Source: Candidatus Bathyarchaeota archaeon (GTDB lineage: Archaea > Thermoproteota > Bathyarchaeia > Bathyarchaeales > Bathycorpusculaceae). From it: 64,000 nucleotides of DNA. Of this stretch, positions 1 through 9,056 are shown in pieces; positions within the stretch are counted from its first letter, which is position 1; each line of letters begins with the position of its first letter. The notes beneath the pieces were generated by a model. That model ran no database searches. It saw only the letters and a list, made by a program, of their open reading frames with translations, and was not told where the DNA came from. The stretch spans positions 28,272-92,271 of the forward strand of contig JAOZHV010000044.1 in the NCBI GenBank assembly GCA_026014725.1. The letters run 5' to 3'. The position numbers and the translations under genes are program-made.

Positions 1-32
1 GGATGAGAGCTTTTCAAGCAGTCCTCTTATTC

Positions 33-1439
33 TTACTCGCCTAGGATTCTCCTAAACGCTGGGAACATCTCCGCAGCCCGCTCCCGCATCAACAGTTCAT
101 AGTACTGATAGATGATACCGACCGAAAGCAATATTCCTGTGCCTGAACCGAAAACCCCAAGGAAATCTGAAAGCCCAGCCACAAGCCCAACCACAATACC
201 GCCAAGCACTGTAACAACTGGAATGTAACGCTTGAGAATCGCTTCGATGGGCCTGCCTGACCTTCGGTAACCTGGAATCTGCATCCCACTATCCATGAGT
301 TGCTTTGCTACCTTTGAGGGACCTAAACCGCCTACTTCGAGCCAAATTAGCGAGAAGACGGCACAGAAAGCCACGATTATGCCTAGATATGCGGCTGCTC
401 TTAGAGGATCAGCAGCGACAGCATACAAACTTCTAGGTGCAGTAACGACGTAAGCAAGACCACCAACCGGAGTAACACCATTAGCGGTTTGGTTGAAATC
501 ACCTATTATCTGGAAGAACAGGTTTGTTCCTGGCGCAGGTGTTCCTAGCTGTGTCCATAATAGTTGTGAGAAGAAGTACACGTTTGCAAACAGTGCTGAT
601 GCGAAGATAACTGGCAAGTTTGATACATATAGCAGTTTGATTGGGTATCTGCTTCTGAAACCCTTGTATCCTGCGTAACTCATTGGAAGCTCAACCCTGA
701 TGCCTTCCAAGTAAATAATTATTAGGAACACTACAATGGTGGCGATGAAACCCAGAAGCGATGGATAGATCCCATTCTGAGAACCGAATACCCAATTCAT
801 CAGCGTCTGGCGACCGCCCAATAATTCTTGAAGCGAACCGAAAAACAACCCAGTTGGTGGCGAGAACATTGACCATAAAATGTTCTGTGCAACACCAGCC
901 ATAATAAAGAGGCTGATTCCACTGCCTAGTCCCCAGCCCTTCTGTACAAGCTCATCCATAAGCATGACGACTATGCCTGCGGCTATGAGTTGCAGGAAAA
1001 TTACCAGAATTGTTGGTCCTGCCAATGCGCCGTACATGCCGCTTAGGATGTATGCTCCTGCTTGAACTGCGGTAAGTATGATGCTGAAGACTTTGCTTGC
1101 TGAGGTGAAGAGTCCTCTGTCTTCAGGGTTTGACATGTCGGCTTTTATGATTGAGGAGCCGACGAGTAATTGCAGAATTAATCCTGCTGTAACTATGGGT
1201 CCAATACCCAACTCCATGAGGGTGCCGCGGTTTGAGGCGAAGATTACTCTTAGGGCACCGAAATCATCTTGCGCATTTTCTACACCATAAAGTGGGATTT
1301 CAGTCATGACAAGGAAAATAACAAGTACAAGTGCAGTCCAGAAGATTTTCTCGTTGAAGCTGACTTTGCGTTCTGGCTTTTTTATTTCGGGCAGAACTCT
1401 TCCAATTGGTTTGAAGAGGCTGAGGAATCTTCCGGCCAT
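33..1439 (-). CDS. secY: Preprotein translocase subunit SecY (Sec61alpha)
   Basis: Multi-TM 468 aa protein with archaeal SecY motifs GTLMELGIGPIVTAG, KGWGLGSGISLFI, YPIKLLYVSNLP and GTGILL; lies directly after rpl15. Confidence 0.98.
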   Translation of the reverse strand: MAGRFLSLFKPIGRVLPEIKKPERKVSFNEKIFWTALVLVIFLVMTEIPLYGVENAQDDFGALRVIFASNRGTLMELGIGPIVTAGLILQLLVGSSIIKADMSNPEDRGLFTSASKVFSIILTAVQAGAYILSGMYGALAGPTILVIFLQLIAAGIVVMLMDELVQKGWGLGSGISLFIMAGVAQNILWSMFSPPTGLFFGSLQELLGGRQTLMNWVFGSQNGIYPSLLGFIATIVVFLIIIYLEGIRVELPMSYAGYKGFRSRYPIKLLYVSNLPVIFASALFANVYFFSQLLWTQLGTPAPGTNLFFQIIGDFNQTANGVTPVGGLAYVVTAPRSLYAVAADPLRAAAYLGIIVAFCAVFSLIWLEVGGLGPSKVAKQLMDSGMQIPGYRRSGRPIEAILKRYIPVVTVLGGIVVGLVAGLSDFLGVFGSGTGILLSVGIIYQYYELLMRERAAEMFPAFRRILGE

Positions 1440-1448
1440 TTAGCAGCT

Positions 1449-1859
1449 TTACTCTCCGTTGGTCTGGGAGCTTACGATTTCTCCGCCTGCTTGTTTGACT
1501 TTTTCTTGGGCTGATTTTGAGTAGGCTTCGACTTGTATGGTTAGGGGTTTTGTGAGTTTTCCTGTTCCGAGGAGTTTGGTGTAGCCGAGTTCGGTTAGGT
1601 TTATGTTTTGTGTTTGTGCGATTTGGTCTAGTTGGTAGAGATTGATTGTTTTTTCTTTGCGGTGTAGGCTTTGGGGTGAGGTGAACCCGTGTTTACCAAA
1701 GTAGTCTGGTTGGGTGGTTACAATTTTGCTCCAGAGGTGTTTGTGGCGTCCGACTTTACGGTTGCCTTTACTGCCTGCGTCTCGGTGTTGTCCTATTCTT
1801 CCGTATCCTACGGTTCTTGATCCTCTTAGTTTTCTGATTTTTCTTAGTTTATGTGGCAT
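1449..1859 (-). CDS. rpl15: 50S ribosomal protein uL15
   Basis: RKLRGSRTVGYGRIGQHR, YFGKHGF and KLLGTG...SAQEKVKQAGG motifs; adjacent to secY. Confidence 0.96.
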   Translation of the reverse strand: MPHKLRKIRKLRGSRTVGYGRIGQHRDAGSKGNRKVGRHKHLWSKIVTTQPDYFGKHGFTSPQSLHRKEKTINLYQLDQIAQTQNINLTELGYTKLLGTGKLTKPLTIQVEAYSKSAQEKVKQAGGEIVSSQTNGE

Positions 1860-1864
1860 TCTTG

Positions 1865-2299
1865 TCAGCTTCTTTGGGGGTTGTTTGTTTCTGCTTTTTG
1901 GAGTTTGATTTCTAGCACGCCGTTCTTGTATTTGGTGTGCATTGCGTTTGGAATCACTACCTTCGGCAAATTTAAACTTTTATAGTATCTTCGATCTTTT
2001 GATTTTGCCGACAGCGTGATTTTTTGATCTTTCACATGTATTTTGAGGGTTTCCTTATTAAAGCCTGCGATTTCTGCGACTATGGTTATGTTGTTTGGGT
2101 CTTGGAATATGTCGATTAGTGGTTTGGGTTCTTGTAGGTTTCGTTTAGTGTAGCCTTTGTACGGTCTGAAAAATGCTTTGTTGTGAGGTTTTGTGGTTTG
2201 GGCGTTTTGTGTTGGTGTTTTTGTGTCTTTTGGTTTTATGAGGTTGTTGAAGTTTGCCCATTTGCGGTTTTTGTTGCTTCTTCTCCATTTTGCACTCGT
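1865..2299 (-). CDS. Hsp20/alpha-crystallin family small heat-shock protein, 144 aa, apparent ACG start (absent from ORF track)
   Basis: Manual translation gives (M)SAKWRRSNK...EPKPLIDIFQDPNNITIVAEIAGFNKETLKIHVKDQKITLSA...YYKSLNLPKVV...YKNGVLEIKLQK, stop TGA at 1867-1865. No in-frame ATG/GTG/TTG precedes the domain; GGAGGGG lies upstream of ACG at 2299-2297. Confidence 0.8.
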   Translation of the reverse strand, partial: TSAKWRRSNKNRKWANFNNLIKPKDTKTPTQNAQTTKPHNKAFFRPYKGYTKRNLQEPKPLIDIFQDPNNITIVAEIAGFNKETLKIHVKDQKITLSAKSKDRRYYKSLNLPKVVIPNAMHTKYKNGVLEIKLQKAETNNPQRS

Positions 2300-2530
2300 T
2301 TGTTCTTTCCCCCTCCGATTGAGTTACGAATCTCTTTATCGATACTATAAAAGATATCGCACATAAAGGGTTAGAATTGACCTGAAGTACAGGATGCTGT
2401 TTAATCATGAATGTGGTGATTGTGTTTGGGGTTTGCGGTGGGTTTTGGTGTTTTGGGTTGTTTTGTTTTCTTATAGTTGTTGAAAGTAAGCAATATAGCG
2501 CTGAAGGGGCTGGTTGAGAATATTTTATTG

Positions 2531-2672
2531 GAGAAAAACGTGCTGCTCTCCGATAGACCCTATCCCCCTATTTAAAGGCGGATTTTTCAACATGTTAATG
2601 GCGTTGAAAAGAGTCAATAACACCTACCCCCTATAGGGTTCTGCAATGAGTTTCTAATAGGCGGCAAATAGG
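2531..2672 (-). repeat. Uninterrupted copy of dispersed bipartite intergenic element (part A 2672-2621, part B 2611-2531)
   Basis: Reverse complement reads CCTATTTG..CCTATTAG..TGCAGAACCCTATAGGGGGTAGGTG..CTTTTCAACGCCA..CATGTTGAAAAATCCGCCTTTAAATAGGGGGATAGGGTCTA; it matches copies at 25.4, 26.6, 31.3-33.1 and 35.9 kb. Confidence 0.85.
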
Positions 2673-2673
2673 T

Positions 2674-2889
2674 TCAGTGCGAAGATTCTTTTGTTCGTTG
2701 ACTTTTCCATTTGTCTGGGTCTCGCAGATTTTGCACTGGCGCGTCATTCGTGTAGCCATGTTCCGCTTGAACTTTTTGCTTGTACTTTTGCTCTGCCAGT
2801 TTTGCTTTGCCTTCTTTACTGCTCAACTCTACGCTGTTTTCGAGCTTTCTGATGGTTTTGCCTATTCTACGTTGCCCTCTCGTAACCAT
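2674..2889 (-). CDS. Small basic hypothetical protein (71 aa)
   Basis: ATG preceded by GAGAGGGT; fills the gap between the repeat element and a divergent promoter region; no recognisable domain. Confidence 0.45.
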   Translation of the reverse strand: MVTRGQRRIGKTIRKLENSVELSSKEGKAKLAEQKYKQKVQAEHGYTNDAPVQNLRDPDKWKSQRTKESSH

Positions 2890-3181
2890 ATTTACCCTCT
2901 CTTTATTTTCATTATCTTATCGAAGGGTTTATGGATTTTGGATGAGAAAAGCAGGTGTAAAATTTAATTTTCAACAGAATGTTTATTCTAGTTTATATGC
3001 AAGAATCTGATTTTGCGAAAATCTTATAAATAAAATTCTCTGATAACGATTGTTTATTGGGCAGGGGGCAAAGTAGTGTCGATTTTACAGCTACTCGAGA
3101 GTTTAAAAAATTCTTGAGATGCTTGAGAGATAATCAGCATTGTTTGCTTTTTGCTCAATAAAATTAGGAGAAAAAAGAAAA

Positions 3182-5728
3182 ATGCAAAAGAAAGGAAAAA
3201 CAGCGGCAATCGCAATCGCTCTAATTCTGATGTTGACTATGATTATTTCGCTTGTTCCATTACCAATCGCGCAAGGTTGGACAGGTCATAAAAAATCATA
3301 TGCTTACATCGGCGCTACACCGAACCCAGTCGCCATAAATGAGGAAGTTCTGCTTCACGTGGGGATTACCCAGCCTTTGGAAATCACAGAGGACAAATGG
3401 CGCGGCTTACTGATATACGTGACTCGACCTGACGGTACAAAAGAGACGCTTGGTCCCTTCGATACTGACTCAACAGGCGGCACAGGCACAATATACGTGC
3501 CAACCATGGAAGGTACATACAAACTACAGACATACTTCCCTCCACAATGGTACAACAAGACCAATAACGTCTACTACGAAGAAGACTACAGTGACATCCT
3601 AGAACTTGTGGTAGGCGCTGAGCCCTCCCAGTTCTGGCCAGGTGTACCGCTTCCAACAGAATACTGGAGCCGCCCAATCGACAGTCAAATTAGAGAATGG
3701 GCGCCAATCGCAGGTCATTGGCTATCACCTGCAAGCATCTACGGCACTGCTGAAAGCTTAGGCCAAGAAGATGCGCCAGAAAGCGCACATGTCCTTTGGC
3801 AAAAGCAACTGGTAATAGGCGGTCTAGGTGGAGGCGTTGGTCTATCTGAACCAGCAGCAATCTTCCCCGGTGACGCTTATGAAGGCAAATTCAGTAGTAG
3901 CCTAGTCATCATGGGCATACTCATATACGTAAAGTTTGACACAGTCGGAGGCAGCAATGTCACCAACTGGATCTGCGCTGTCGATCTGCATACAGGAGAA
4001 ACGCTGTGGGAAAAAGAATTGCTTAACGCTGCGGGGCAACGTTTATTCCCACAGTATGGTCAAGTGATGTACTGGAAGAGTTTCAACACGCAAGGTGTTT
4101 ACGCATATCTTTTCTGTGGCACATCTTCAGGAATGTTCGCTGCGGCTTCATCCACTCTGGAAGCGTTTGACCCCTACACTGGGCGTTGGCTATTCAGATT
4201 TACGAATATGCCAAGCGGCACCCGCACGTATGGTCCTAACGGCGAAATCCTGATATACACGCTTAACCAGCAACGCGGCTACATGACTATGTGGAACTCA
4301 ACAGCTGTCATTAGTGCCTACTGGGGCACTACCCAGAACAACCCAGCCTTTGGTTCTTGGCAACCTCAGGGAAAAACCATTGATGCACAAGGCGCAGTTC
4401 CTGTGACTACCGCAACACCCTATGGATACAACGGCTACACAAGAAACGTTTCAATACCTCTAGGATTACCTGGAAGCGTTTCTTACGTGTTCCACGATGA
4501 CACAATTGTCGGTTATACAAGGCTTGGCACGACTGGAATGTTTTCAACCGAAACTCTCAATGATGCACCATTCATACTCTGGGCTATTGATGCAAAGACT
4601 GGTTCACTAAAGTTCAATAAAACAATCGCTGCACCAAGCGGAAACGTTTCTCTTTCAGTTGCAGCAGGAAGCGCTGAAGACAGACTCGTAGCTATATGGT
4701 GCAAAGAACTGACAAAGTTCTACACCTATAGCATTGATACGGGCAACTTTATGTGGGAAACGCCTTCACAGCACTATCTAGACATCTTTGCTATGTATCC
4801 ACGCTTTGCATACGGTAAACTGTACTCAAATGGTATGAGCGGAATAATGTATGCATACGACGCCAAAACAGGCAAACTAGCTTGGAACTACACCTACAAA
4901 GACCCATGGTCAGAAACCTTATGGTCTGACTACTGGTCATCTTTGAGGCCTCGCATTGTTGCTGATGGCAAAATCTACTTAGGCCAAAGCGAACACTCAG
5001 TCAACCAGCCGCAACCCCGTGGTGCACCCTTCGTCTGCCTCAACGCAACTACAGGCGAGGAAATCTGGTCTATAGCGGGCATGTTCCGCCAAACTGACTG
5101 GGGAGGAAGTGCAGTCATGGGAGACAGCATAATTGCAACAATGGACACATACAACCAAATGATATATGCCATAGGCAAAGGACCTTCGGCAACTACAGTT
5201 TCAGCACCCGACATCGGTGTTCCATTCGGCACATCAGTAACCATTAAAGGTATGGTAACTGACGTTTCGCCAGGAACAGACGGTATCGTCTTGCAAAAAC
5301 GGTTCCCGAATGGTGTTCCAGCTGTAGCAGACGAATCAATGTCTGAATGGATGCTGTACGTCTACAAGCAGTTTGAAAGACCCGCGGACGCTAAAGGAGT
5401 TGAAGTTACTATTAGTGTGCTTGATGCAAACGGTAACTTCCGAGACATCGGCACAACCACTACTAGTAGCATGGATGGCTTCTATAGCTTATCGTGGACT
5501 CCTGACGTTCCAGGCGAATACAAAGTCTATGCACGCTTTGCAGGCTCAGCCGGATACTACCCATCACACGCTGAAACCGCATTCACAGTGGATGAAGCAC
5601 TACCCACACCAACAGAGCAACCGCAAATCTCGCTGCCTCCAATTGAGCTGTACGTCGTCGGCATGGGCATTGCGATAATTGTTGCAGTAGCTATTGCCGC
5701 ACTGCTCATCATCAAGAAAAGACCATAA
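3182..5728 (+). CDS. Secreted, C-terminally anchored PQQ-binding-like beta-propeller protein
   Basis: Signal peptide after ATG 3182 (AGGAGA upstream); repeated xDxxTGxxxW blades; motifs PLPTEYWSRPI, IYAIGKGPS, DESMSEWMLYVY; C-terminal TM plus KKRP. Paralog of 17448-20162. Confidence 0.85.
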   Translation: MQKKGKTAAIAIALILMLTMIISLVPLPIAQGWTGHKKSYAYIGATPNPVAINEEVLLHVGITQPLEITEDKWRGLLIYVTRPDGTKETLGPFDTDSTGGTGTIYVPTMEGTYKLQTYFPPQWYNKTNNVYYEEDYSDILELVVGAEPSQFWPGVPLPTEYWSRPIDSQIREWAPIAGHWLSPASIYGTAESLGQEDAPESAHVLWQKQLVIGGLGGGVGLSEPAAIFPGDAYEGKFSSSLVIMGILIYVKFDTVGGSNVTNWICAVDLHTGETLWEKELLNAAGQRLFPQYGQVMYWKSFNTQGVYAYLFCGTSSGMFAAASSTLEAFDPYTGRWLFRFTNMPSGTRTYGPNGEILIYTLNQQRGYMTMWNSTAVISAYWGTTQNNPAFGSWQPQGKTIDAQGAVPVTTATPYGYNGYTRNVSIPLGLPGSVSYVFHDDTIVGYTRLGTTGMFSTETLNDAPFILWAIDAKTGSLKFNKTIAAPSGNVSLSVAAGSAEDRLVAIWCKELTKFYTYSIDTGNFMWETPSQHYLDIFAMYPRFAYGKLYSNGMSGIMYAYDAKTGKLAWNYTYKDPWSETLWSDYWSSLRPRIVADGKIYLGQSEHSVNQPQPRGAPFVCLNATTGEEIWSIAGMFRQTDWGGSAVMGDSIIATMDTYNQMIYAIGKGPSATTVSAPDIGVPFGTSVTIKGMVTDVSPGTDGIVLQKRFPNGVPAVADESMSEWMLYVYKQFERPADAKGVEVTISVLDANGNFRDIGTTTTSSMDGFYSLSWTPDVPGEYKVYARFAGSAGYYPSHAETAFTVDEALPTPTEQPQISLPPIELYVVGMGIAIIVAVAIAALLIIKKRP

Positions 5729-5884
5729 AGTGCTTTTAACAACCACCTTCCCCCTATTTTTTCTTAATTCTTCAGTCAAGGCAACTCGATTAACTGCTAC
5801 CTCTATCTTACATAAAATTCAATCAATGAAATGGCAAAATAGTCCTAAAAAGGCAAAAAATAAGGGTTCCTTGGGCAAAGGCGC

Positions 5885-6796
5885 TTAAGAACCCATCAAT
5901 TTGAGAAATATCGCCTTAGCAGAGTAAAGCCTGTTTTCTGCCTGCTCATAAATCACTGATTTTTGGCTTTCAATGACTTCCGCGCTAATCTCGTATCCAC
6001 GGTGAATAGGCATATCATGCATCACGTAAGCGTCACTGCCTTTGAGCAGTTGGGCGTTGATTTGGTAGGGCATCATAAGTTTAATGCGCTTCTCTTTTTC
6101 CTTGGCAAACTTTGGGTCAGAGAAGAATTCCATGTCAATCCATGTGTCAGTGTAAACGAAATCCGCATCCAAAACCGCCTCTTTTGCGTCTAAGGTTGAT
6201 TGCCAAAGCCCAGATTTTTTTGCTTCAGATAGTATTTCCTCGTCTCTTGCAGCTTCATTAAAAATAGGTGTAACCGTGGTTAATTTGACGCCTGTTCTGG
6301 TGCAACCCTCAATGAGCGAGTTGCAAACGTTGTTATGGACGCCTATGTAGACGAGTTTGGCACCTTTGAGCTTGCCATGTTTCTCTTTTACAGTTATAAG
6401 GTCTGCTAAGGCTTGCGTTGGATGGTACTTCTCGTCGCAACCGTTGATTACTGGAACACGAGACGCAGCGGCAACTTTCATTAAATCAGAATTATAAAGC
6501 AACCGAGCCATAATGCAATCAACATTACGCGACAAGTACCGTATTTCGTCTGTTATGTCCGCTAACGTGAAATTGGTCGTTCTCCAATCGATAAACAAGC
6601 TGTGACCGCCAAGCTGCGTCATAGCAACCTCAAACGCGACTCTGGTGCGCGTAGAGGTTTTTTGGAAAATCAACGCCGCAGACTTGCCCTCAAACGTTTT
6701 GAGGTACTTGGCTGGGTTATTTTTGACTTTGATGCCTAAATCGACTAGAGCTTCCAGCTGTTGACCTGTGAGTTCTTTGAAATTGATGAGGTGCAT
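5885..6796 (-). CDS. argF: Ornithine carbamoyltransferase
   Basis: FQKTSTRTR carbamoyl-phosphate motif, HPTQ, and HDMP (HCLP variant); start trimmed to MHLINF. Confidence 0.9.
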   Translation of the reverse strand: MHLINFKELTGQQLEALVDLGIKVKNNPAKYLKTFEGKSAALIFQKTSTRTRVAFEVAMTQLGGHSLFIDWRTTNFTLADITDEIRYLSRNVDCIMARLLYNSDLMKVAAASRVPVINGCDEKYHPTQALADLITVKEKHGKLKGAKLVYIGVHNNVCNSLIEGCTRTGVKLTTVTPIFNEAARDEEILSEAKKSGLWQSTLDAKEAVLDADFVYTDTWIDMEFFSDPKFAKEKEKRIKLMMPYQINAQLLKGSDAYVMHDMPIHRGYEISAEVIESQKSVIYEQAENRLYSAKAIFLKLMGS

Positions 6797-6899
6797 CTTG
6801 TTTGCCTTCAGTATGCCTTGAACCAAGCATGTAATAATAAGCTTTATGCAAAAACTTTTTCCGCAAACAACCCTAAACCACATAAAGGAAACACAAAAC

Positions 6900-7724
6900 A
6901 TGATTCTCCTCGTAGCCTCAAACAAGGACACTGCAAGCCTAAACATCAAACAACAAATCCTAAGCCACTACCCCTTCCGCCAAACCGCAGATACATTCCA
7001 GCAAACACCATTGTACGCGGCAGAAGTAAACGGTAAAAACGTAACCTTAGCAACTTTAAACCAAGAAAGCGTCCATGCACAAAACCTGCCAGAGGACTTT
7101 CCTGACGCGGAATTGATTGTTTTCATCTCAAGGCACAGCAGCCAAAGCGGCAAACCCACCCTGTCGGTTCACACTCCTGGAAACTTTGGCAACGCTGAAC
7201 TAGGCGGACTGCCACGATGTGTCTCAGTTTGCCCCGCCGTGGCTATGCAAACAGCCCTAAAAGCGCTCATGCACCAAAAAGAGCAGTTAAGCCTAGACTA
7301 CGAAGTATCATATGAGTGCACCCATCATGGTCCAAGCCTCGACGTGCCAACAATGTTTGTGGAATTAGGCAGTTGCGAAACCCAATGGAACGATTTAACG
7401 GCGGCACAAGCCGTTGCCCACGCCGCAATGCACGCCATCTCCAAATTTTCAGCCCCATCGGGTCCTGCCGTTCTCGGCATAGGCGGAACACACTACAACC
7501 AAAAGTTCACCCGCATGGCACTCTCAGACGAGGCAGTGTTTGGGCACATGATACCCAAGTACGCGGTTAACCTTGTTGATGGGGAAATGTTGGGGCAGTG
7601 TGTTGAGCGGACTTTAGAGAAGGTGGAGTTGGCGGTTTTGGATTGGAAAGGCATCAAAAGCGAAGACAAACCAGCCCTGTTGCAGGCGCTAGAGGCTTCT
7701 GGGCTGTCTTTCATGAAAGTTTAG
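6900..7724 (+). CDS. dtdA: D-aminoacyl-tRNA deacylase (archaeal DTD2/GEK1 type)
   Basis: SRHSS, LSVHTPGN, ECTHHGPS, FVELGS, GIGGTHY and GHMIPKY motifs; start trimmed to MILLVAS. Confidence 0.93.
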   Translation: MILLVASNKDTASLNIKQQILSHYPFRQTADTFQQTPLYAAEVNGKNVTLATLNQESVHAQNLPEDFPDAELIVFISRHSSQSGKPTLSVHTPGNFGNAELGGLPRCVSVCPAVAMQTALKALMHQKEQLSLDYEVSYECTHHGPSLDVPTMFVELGSCETQWNDLTAAQAVAHAAMHAISKFSAPSGPAVLGIGGTHYNQKFTRMALSDEAVFGHMIPKYAVNLVDGEMLGQCVERTLEKVELAVLDWKGIKSEDKPALLQALEASGLSFMKV

Positions 7725-7833
7725 CGCTTTTTCTGCAAAGTAACGTTTAAAAGGCTTAGCGATGTAGGTTTTAAACTAAAAAGTTACAGCAACGTTTATT
7801 ATTCCTTAGTGAAATCTTGAGTGTGCGGTAAAT

Positions 7834-8007
7834 ATGGGAATAAAATCTTGGCTTACACAGGCGGCAAGAACCTTAAAATTAGCCTCCAAACCTGACAGAG
7901 AAGAGCTGTGGCTCTCGATAAAAATCAGTCTCCTCGGCATAGGTGTAGTAGGGTTAATCGGCTTTGTCATCAAACTAATCGCCACAACACTCACACAGGG
8001 TGTTTAG
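7834..8007 (+). CDS. secE: Protein translocase SecE / Sec61gamma (57 aa, below ORF-track cutoff)
   Basis: MGIKSWLTQAARTLKLASKPDREELWLSIKISLLGIGVVGLIGFVIKLIATTLTQGV; KPxxxE motif plus one TM helix; immediately upstream of spt5. Confidence 0.93.
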   Translation: MGIKSWLTQAARTLKLASKPDREELWLSIKISLLGIGVVGLIGFVIKLIATTLTQGV

Positions 8008-8019
8008 AAGGTACTTTTT

Positions 8020-8493
8020 ATGGAGAAAAAAGAAGAGCAAGCTCAAACCAAAATCTTTGTAGTCAAAACCACCACAGGGCAAGAACGCAACGTGGCACGG
8101 TTAATTGCTTCTAAAGTAGAAATGACCCATATTCCAATCAAAGCTCTTCTTGTTCCCGACACACTCAAAGGATACGTATTCATAGAAGCAGATGGACCAC
8201 ACCTAGTGGAAGAAGCCATCGCTGGCGTGAGGCATGTGCGCTCCAGAATCCCTGGTCTTGTAAGTTTTAGCGAAATTGAACGGTACATTGTTCGCAAACC
8301 AGTCATGGAAGACCTCAACGAGGACGATGTTGTGGAAATCACAGGTGGACCGTTCAAAGGCATGCGAGCCAAAATCACAAGGCTTGACAAGTCAAAAGGC
8401 GAAGTTACGCTTGAGTTGCTCGAAGCAACGTTCACTTTGCCAATCACAGTCCATTCAGACTATGTAAAACTAGTAGAAAAAGCAAAAGCATAA
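8020..8493 (+). CDS. spt5: Transcription elongation factor Spt5/NusG
   Basis: NGN domain (TTTGQE, LKGYVFIEA) and KOW motif (VEITGGPFKG). Confidence 0.97.
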   Translation: MEKKEEQAQTKIFVVKTTTGQERNVARLIASKVEMTHIPIKALLVPDTLKGYVFIEADGPHLVEEAIAGVRHVRSRIPGLVSFSEIERYIVRKPVMEDLNEDDVVEITGGPFKGMRAKITRLDKSKGEVTLELLEATFTLPITVHSDYVKLVEKAKA

Positions 8494-8508
8494 AGGTGAA
8501 ACAAGAAA

Positions 8509-8997
8509 ATGGCAGAGAAAAAAGTTGTAGAATTGCTCGTAAACGGCGGACAAGCCAATGCAGGTCCACCCTTGGGTCCAGCTCTTGGCCCGTTAGGCAT
8601 AAACATCATGGCTGTTGTCAACAAGATTAACGAGTTAACCAAAGACTACGCTGGGATGAAAGTTCCAGTAAAAATCAGCGTTAACCAAGAAGACAAAACC
8701 TTCGAAGTAAGCGTCGGTACACCTACAGCATCAGCATTAATCGTTTCCGAACTTAAAATTGAGAAGGGTTCAGGAACCCCAAACACCGTTAAAGTCGGTG
8801 ACCTCTCCGTTGAGCAACTGGTGAAGATAGCAAAAATCAAAAGTCCTCAGCTATTAGCCCCGAACATCAAGTTGGCAACCAAAGAATTGCTGGGTACCTG
8901 CGTTAGCATGGGCGTCACCGTTGAGGGCAAAGACCCCCGAGAAGTCCAAAAAGAGATAGATGCTGGCAACTACGAAAACCTATTCGGTACTGGCTAA
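8509..8997 (+). CDS. rpl11: 50S ribosomal protein uL11
   Basis: [18 protein letters not shown] and GTCVSMGV motifs. Confidence 0.98.
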   Translation: MAEKKVVELLVNGGQANAGPPLGPALGPLGINIMAVVNKINELTKDYAGMKVPVKISVNQEDKTFEVSVGTPTASALIVSELKIEKGSGTPNTVKVGDLSVEQLVKIAKIKSPQLLAPNIKLATKELLGTCVSMGVTVEGKDPREVQKEIDAGNYENLFGTG

Positions 8998-9056
8998 ATG
9001 ATAAGCGAATATTTTTATAATGGGTTTCCAATCCCTCATTGGCACGAGGCTTAAAA

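Noticed and set aside
2145..2408. Track ORF of 87 aa (also 25864..26337 and 33950..34474)
   Set aside because: Low-complexity K/T/N/H products of A/C-rich DNA that overlap better-supported genes in another frame or strand.
2531..2672. Classical MITE or IS element
   Set aside because: No terminal inverted repeats, target-site duplication or transposase recognised.
5885..7724. Apparent head-to-head overlap of argF and dtdA, and other long N-terminal extensions in the track
   Set aside because: Artefacts of longest-ORF start choice; downstream starts at 6796 and 6900 remove the overlap.
9010..9056. L1 autoregulatory RNA site before rpl1
   Set aside because: Only a 5-bp hairpin (CCAAT/ATTGG) is present; the L1-binding consensus could not be identified.
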